Source: Christensenella sp. UBA7862
GTDB taxonomy: Bacteria > Bacillota > Clostridia > Christensenellales > UBA1242
Assembly (NCBI GenBank): GCA_002500135.1
Contig: DLSM01000001.1
Location: 16,629 to 80,628 of the forward strand
Length of the DNA stretch: 64,000 nt
Direction of reading: 5' to 3'
Under the pieces are notes generated by a model, which was not told the DNA's origin, searched no databases, and worked only from the letters and a program-made list of their open reading frames with translations. The translations under genes were made by a program, and so were the position numbers. This document shows, one piece after another, positions 62,701 through 64,000 of this stretch (position 1 is its first letter; each line of letters starts with the position of its first letter).

Positions 62701-63495
62701 ATCGTTCTTAACCCACTTGGTATTCCTAGCCGTATGAACGTAGGACAGGTGCTTGAAGTTCTGCTTGGCAAAGTTGCAAAAGCATTGAATTGGAAAGTTG
62801 CTGTTCCAGCGTTTGACTGCATACACGCTGACGAAATTTTCCAACTTATGAAAGATAACGACCTTGAAGAAGACGGGAAAATGGTTCTTTATGACGGCAG
62901 AACAGGTGAACCATTTGAAAACAGAGTTACTGTCGGCGTGATGTATATGCTCAAACTTGACCACATGGTCGATAGCAAAATGCACGCTCGTTCCACTGGA
63001 CCATATGCTTTGGTCACTCAACAACCTTTGGGTGGTAAAGCAATGTTTGGTGGTCAGAGATTTGGTGAAATGGAGGTGTGGGCGCTTGAAGCATATGGTG
63101 TTTCTCACTTGCTACAAGAAATGCTTACAGTTAAGTCAGACGATGTCACTGGCAGAAATAGAACCTATGAATCAATTGTCAAAGGCTACCCAATCGCCGA
63201 ACCAGGCATCCCAGAGTCATTTAAGGTTATGATAAAAGAATTCCAAAGTTTGGGGCTTGATATAAGAATCCTAACTGAAGAACAACAAGAAGTGTCAATC
63301 AGCGAACTTACAAACGATGAACTTGAACCAGCACCATTTGTTATCAAGTCAAAAGAACCAAGTCAAGACATTGAACTTAACCTTGACGACACCCCAACAA
63401 CTTCAGACATTGTTTCTGAAGAAGAAGCAGTTAATGCTGAAAACGACTCGTTTGACAACTTTGATGAAAACTCACTGTTTGACGACTTTGAATAA
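59761..63495 (+). CDS. rpoB: DNA-directed RNA polymerase subunit beta
   Basis: AAGGAG precedes ATG 59761. The 1,244-aa product has canonical RpoB blocks ([77 protein letters not shown]) and an acidic C-terminal tail. Confidence 0.97.
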   Translation: [1244 protein letters not shown]

Positions 63496-63504
63496 AATTT
63501 TTGA

Positions 63505-64000
<496 letters not shown>

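Overview
This is an AT-rich chromosomal segment that looks like Firmicutes/Clostridia, and every confident gene lies on the + strand. GC content was judged by eye, not computed.

The first ~16.3 kb carries housekeeping, envelope and sporulation genes, partly in Bacillus-like order. In order they are: an MBL-fold hydrolase, two tandem CPBP intramembrane proteases, rlmH, an M14 peptidase, tadA with a C-terminal extension, a degenerate truncated glmU-like gene, pth, mfd, a large PrsA-like lipoprotein, a flippase-like membrane protein, a YwmB-like protein, an M23/LytM peptidase that is a SpoIIQ candidate, an orphan acpP, and spoIIID.

The dominant feature is a tandem pair of paralogous, uninterrupted giant ORFs at 16724-41455 (8,243 aa) and 41700-59075 (5,791 aa). 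Together they span 42.1 kb, about 66% of the window.
- Both start with a lipoprotein signal peptide and lipobox.
- Both then carry about 1,100 aa of Ig-like segments.
- Both continue with many beta-helix-type cassettes built from GLUG-like G-G-[ILV]-[AV]-G repeats, each bracketed by recognisable N-cap and C-cap motifs.
- I recognise no catalytic, sortase-anchor, Rhs/CdiA or NRPS/PKS signatures in either.

Giant gene 1 sits behind a consensus sigma-A promoter and a perfect inverted pair of consensus DnaA boxes. The two giant genes are separated by a long terminator hairpin followed by seven perfect copies of an 11-bp A-tract repeat.

rpoB and the 5' end of rpoC follow directly, without the usual rplJ-rplL genes upstream. 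I saw no rRNA, tRNA, CRISPR array, transposase or integrase. All family assignments come from motifs read by eye, because no database search was possible.
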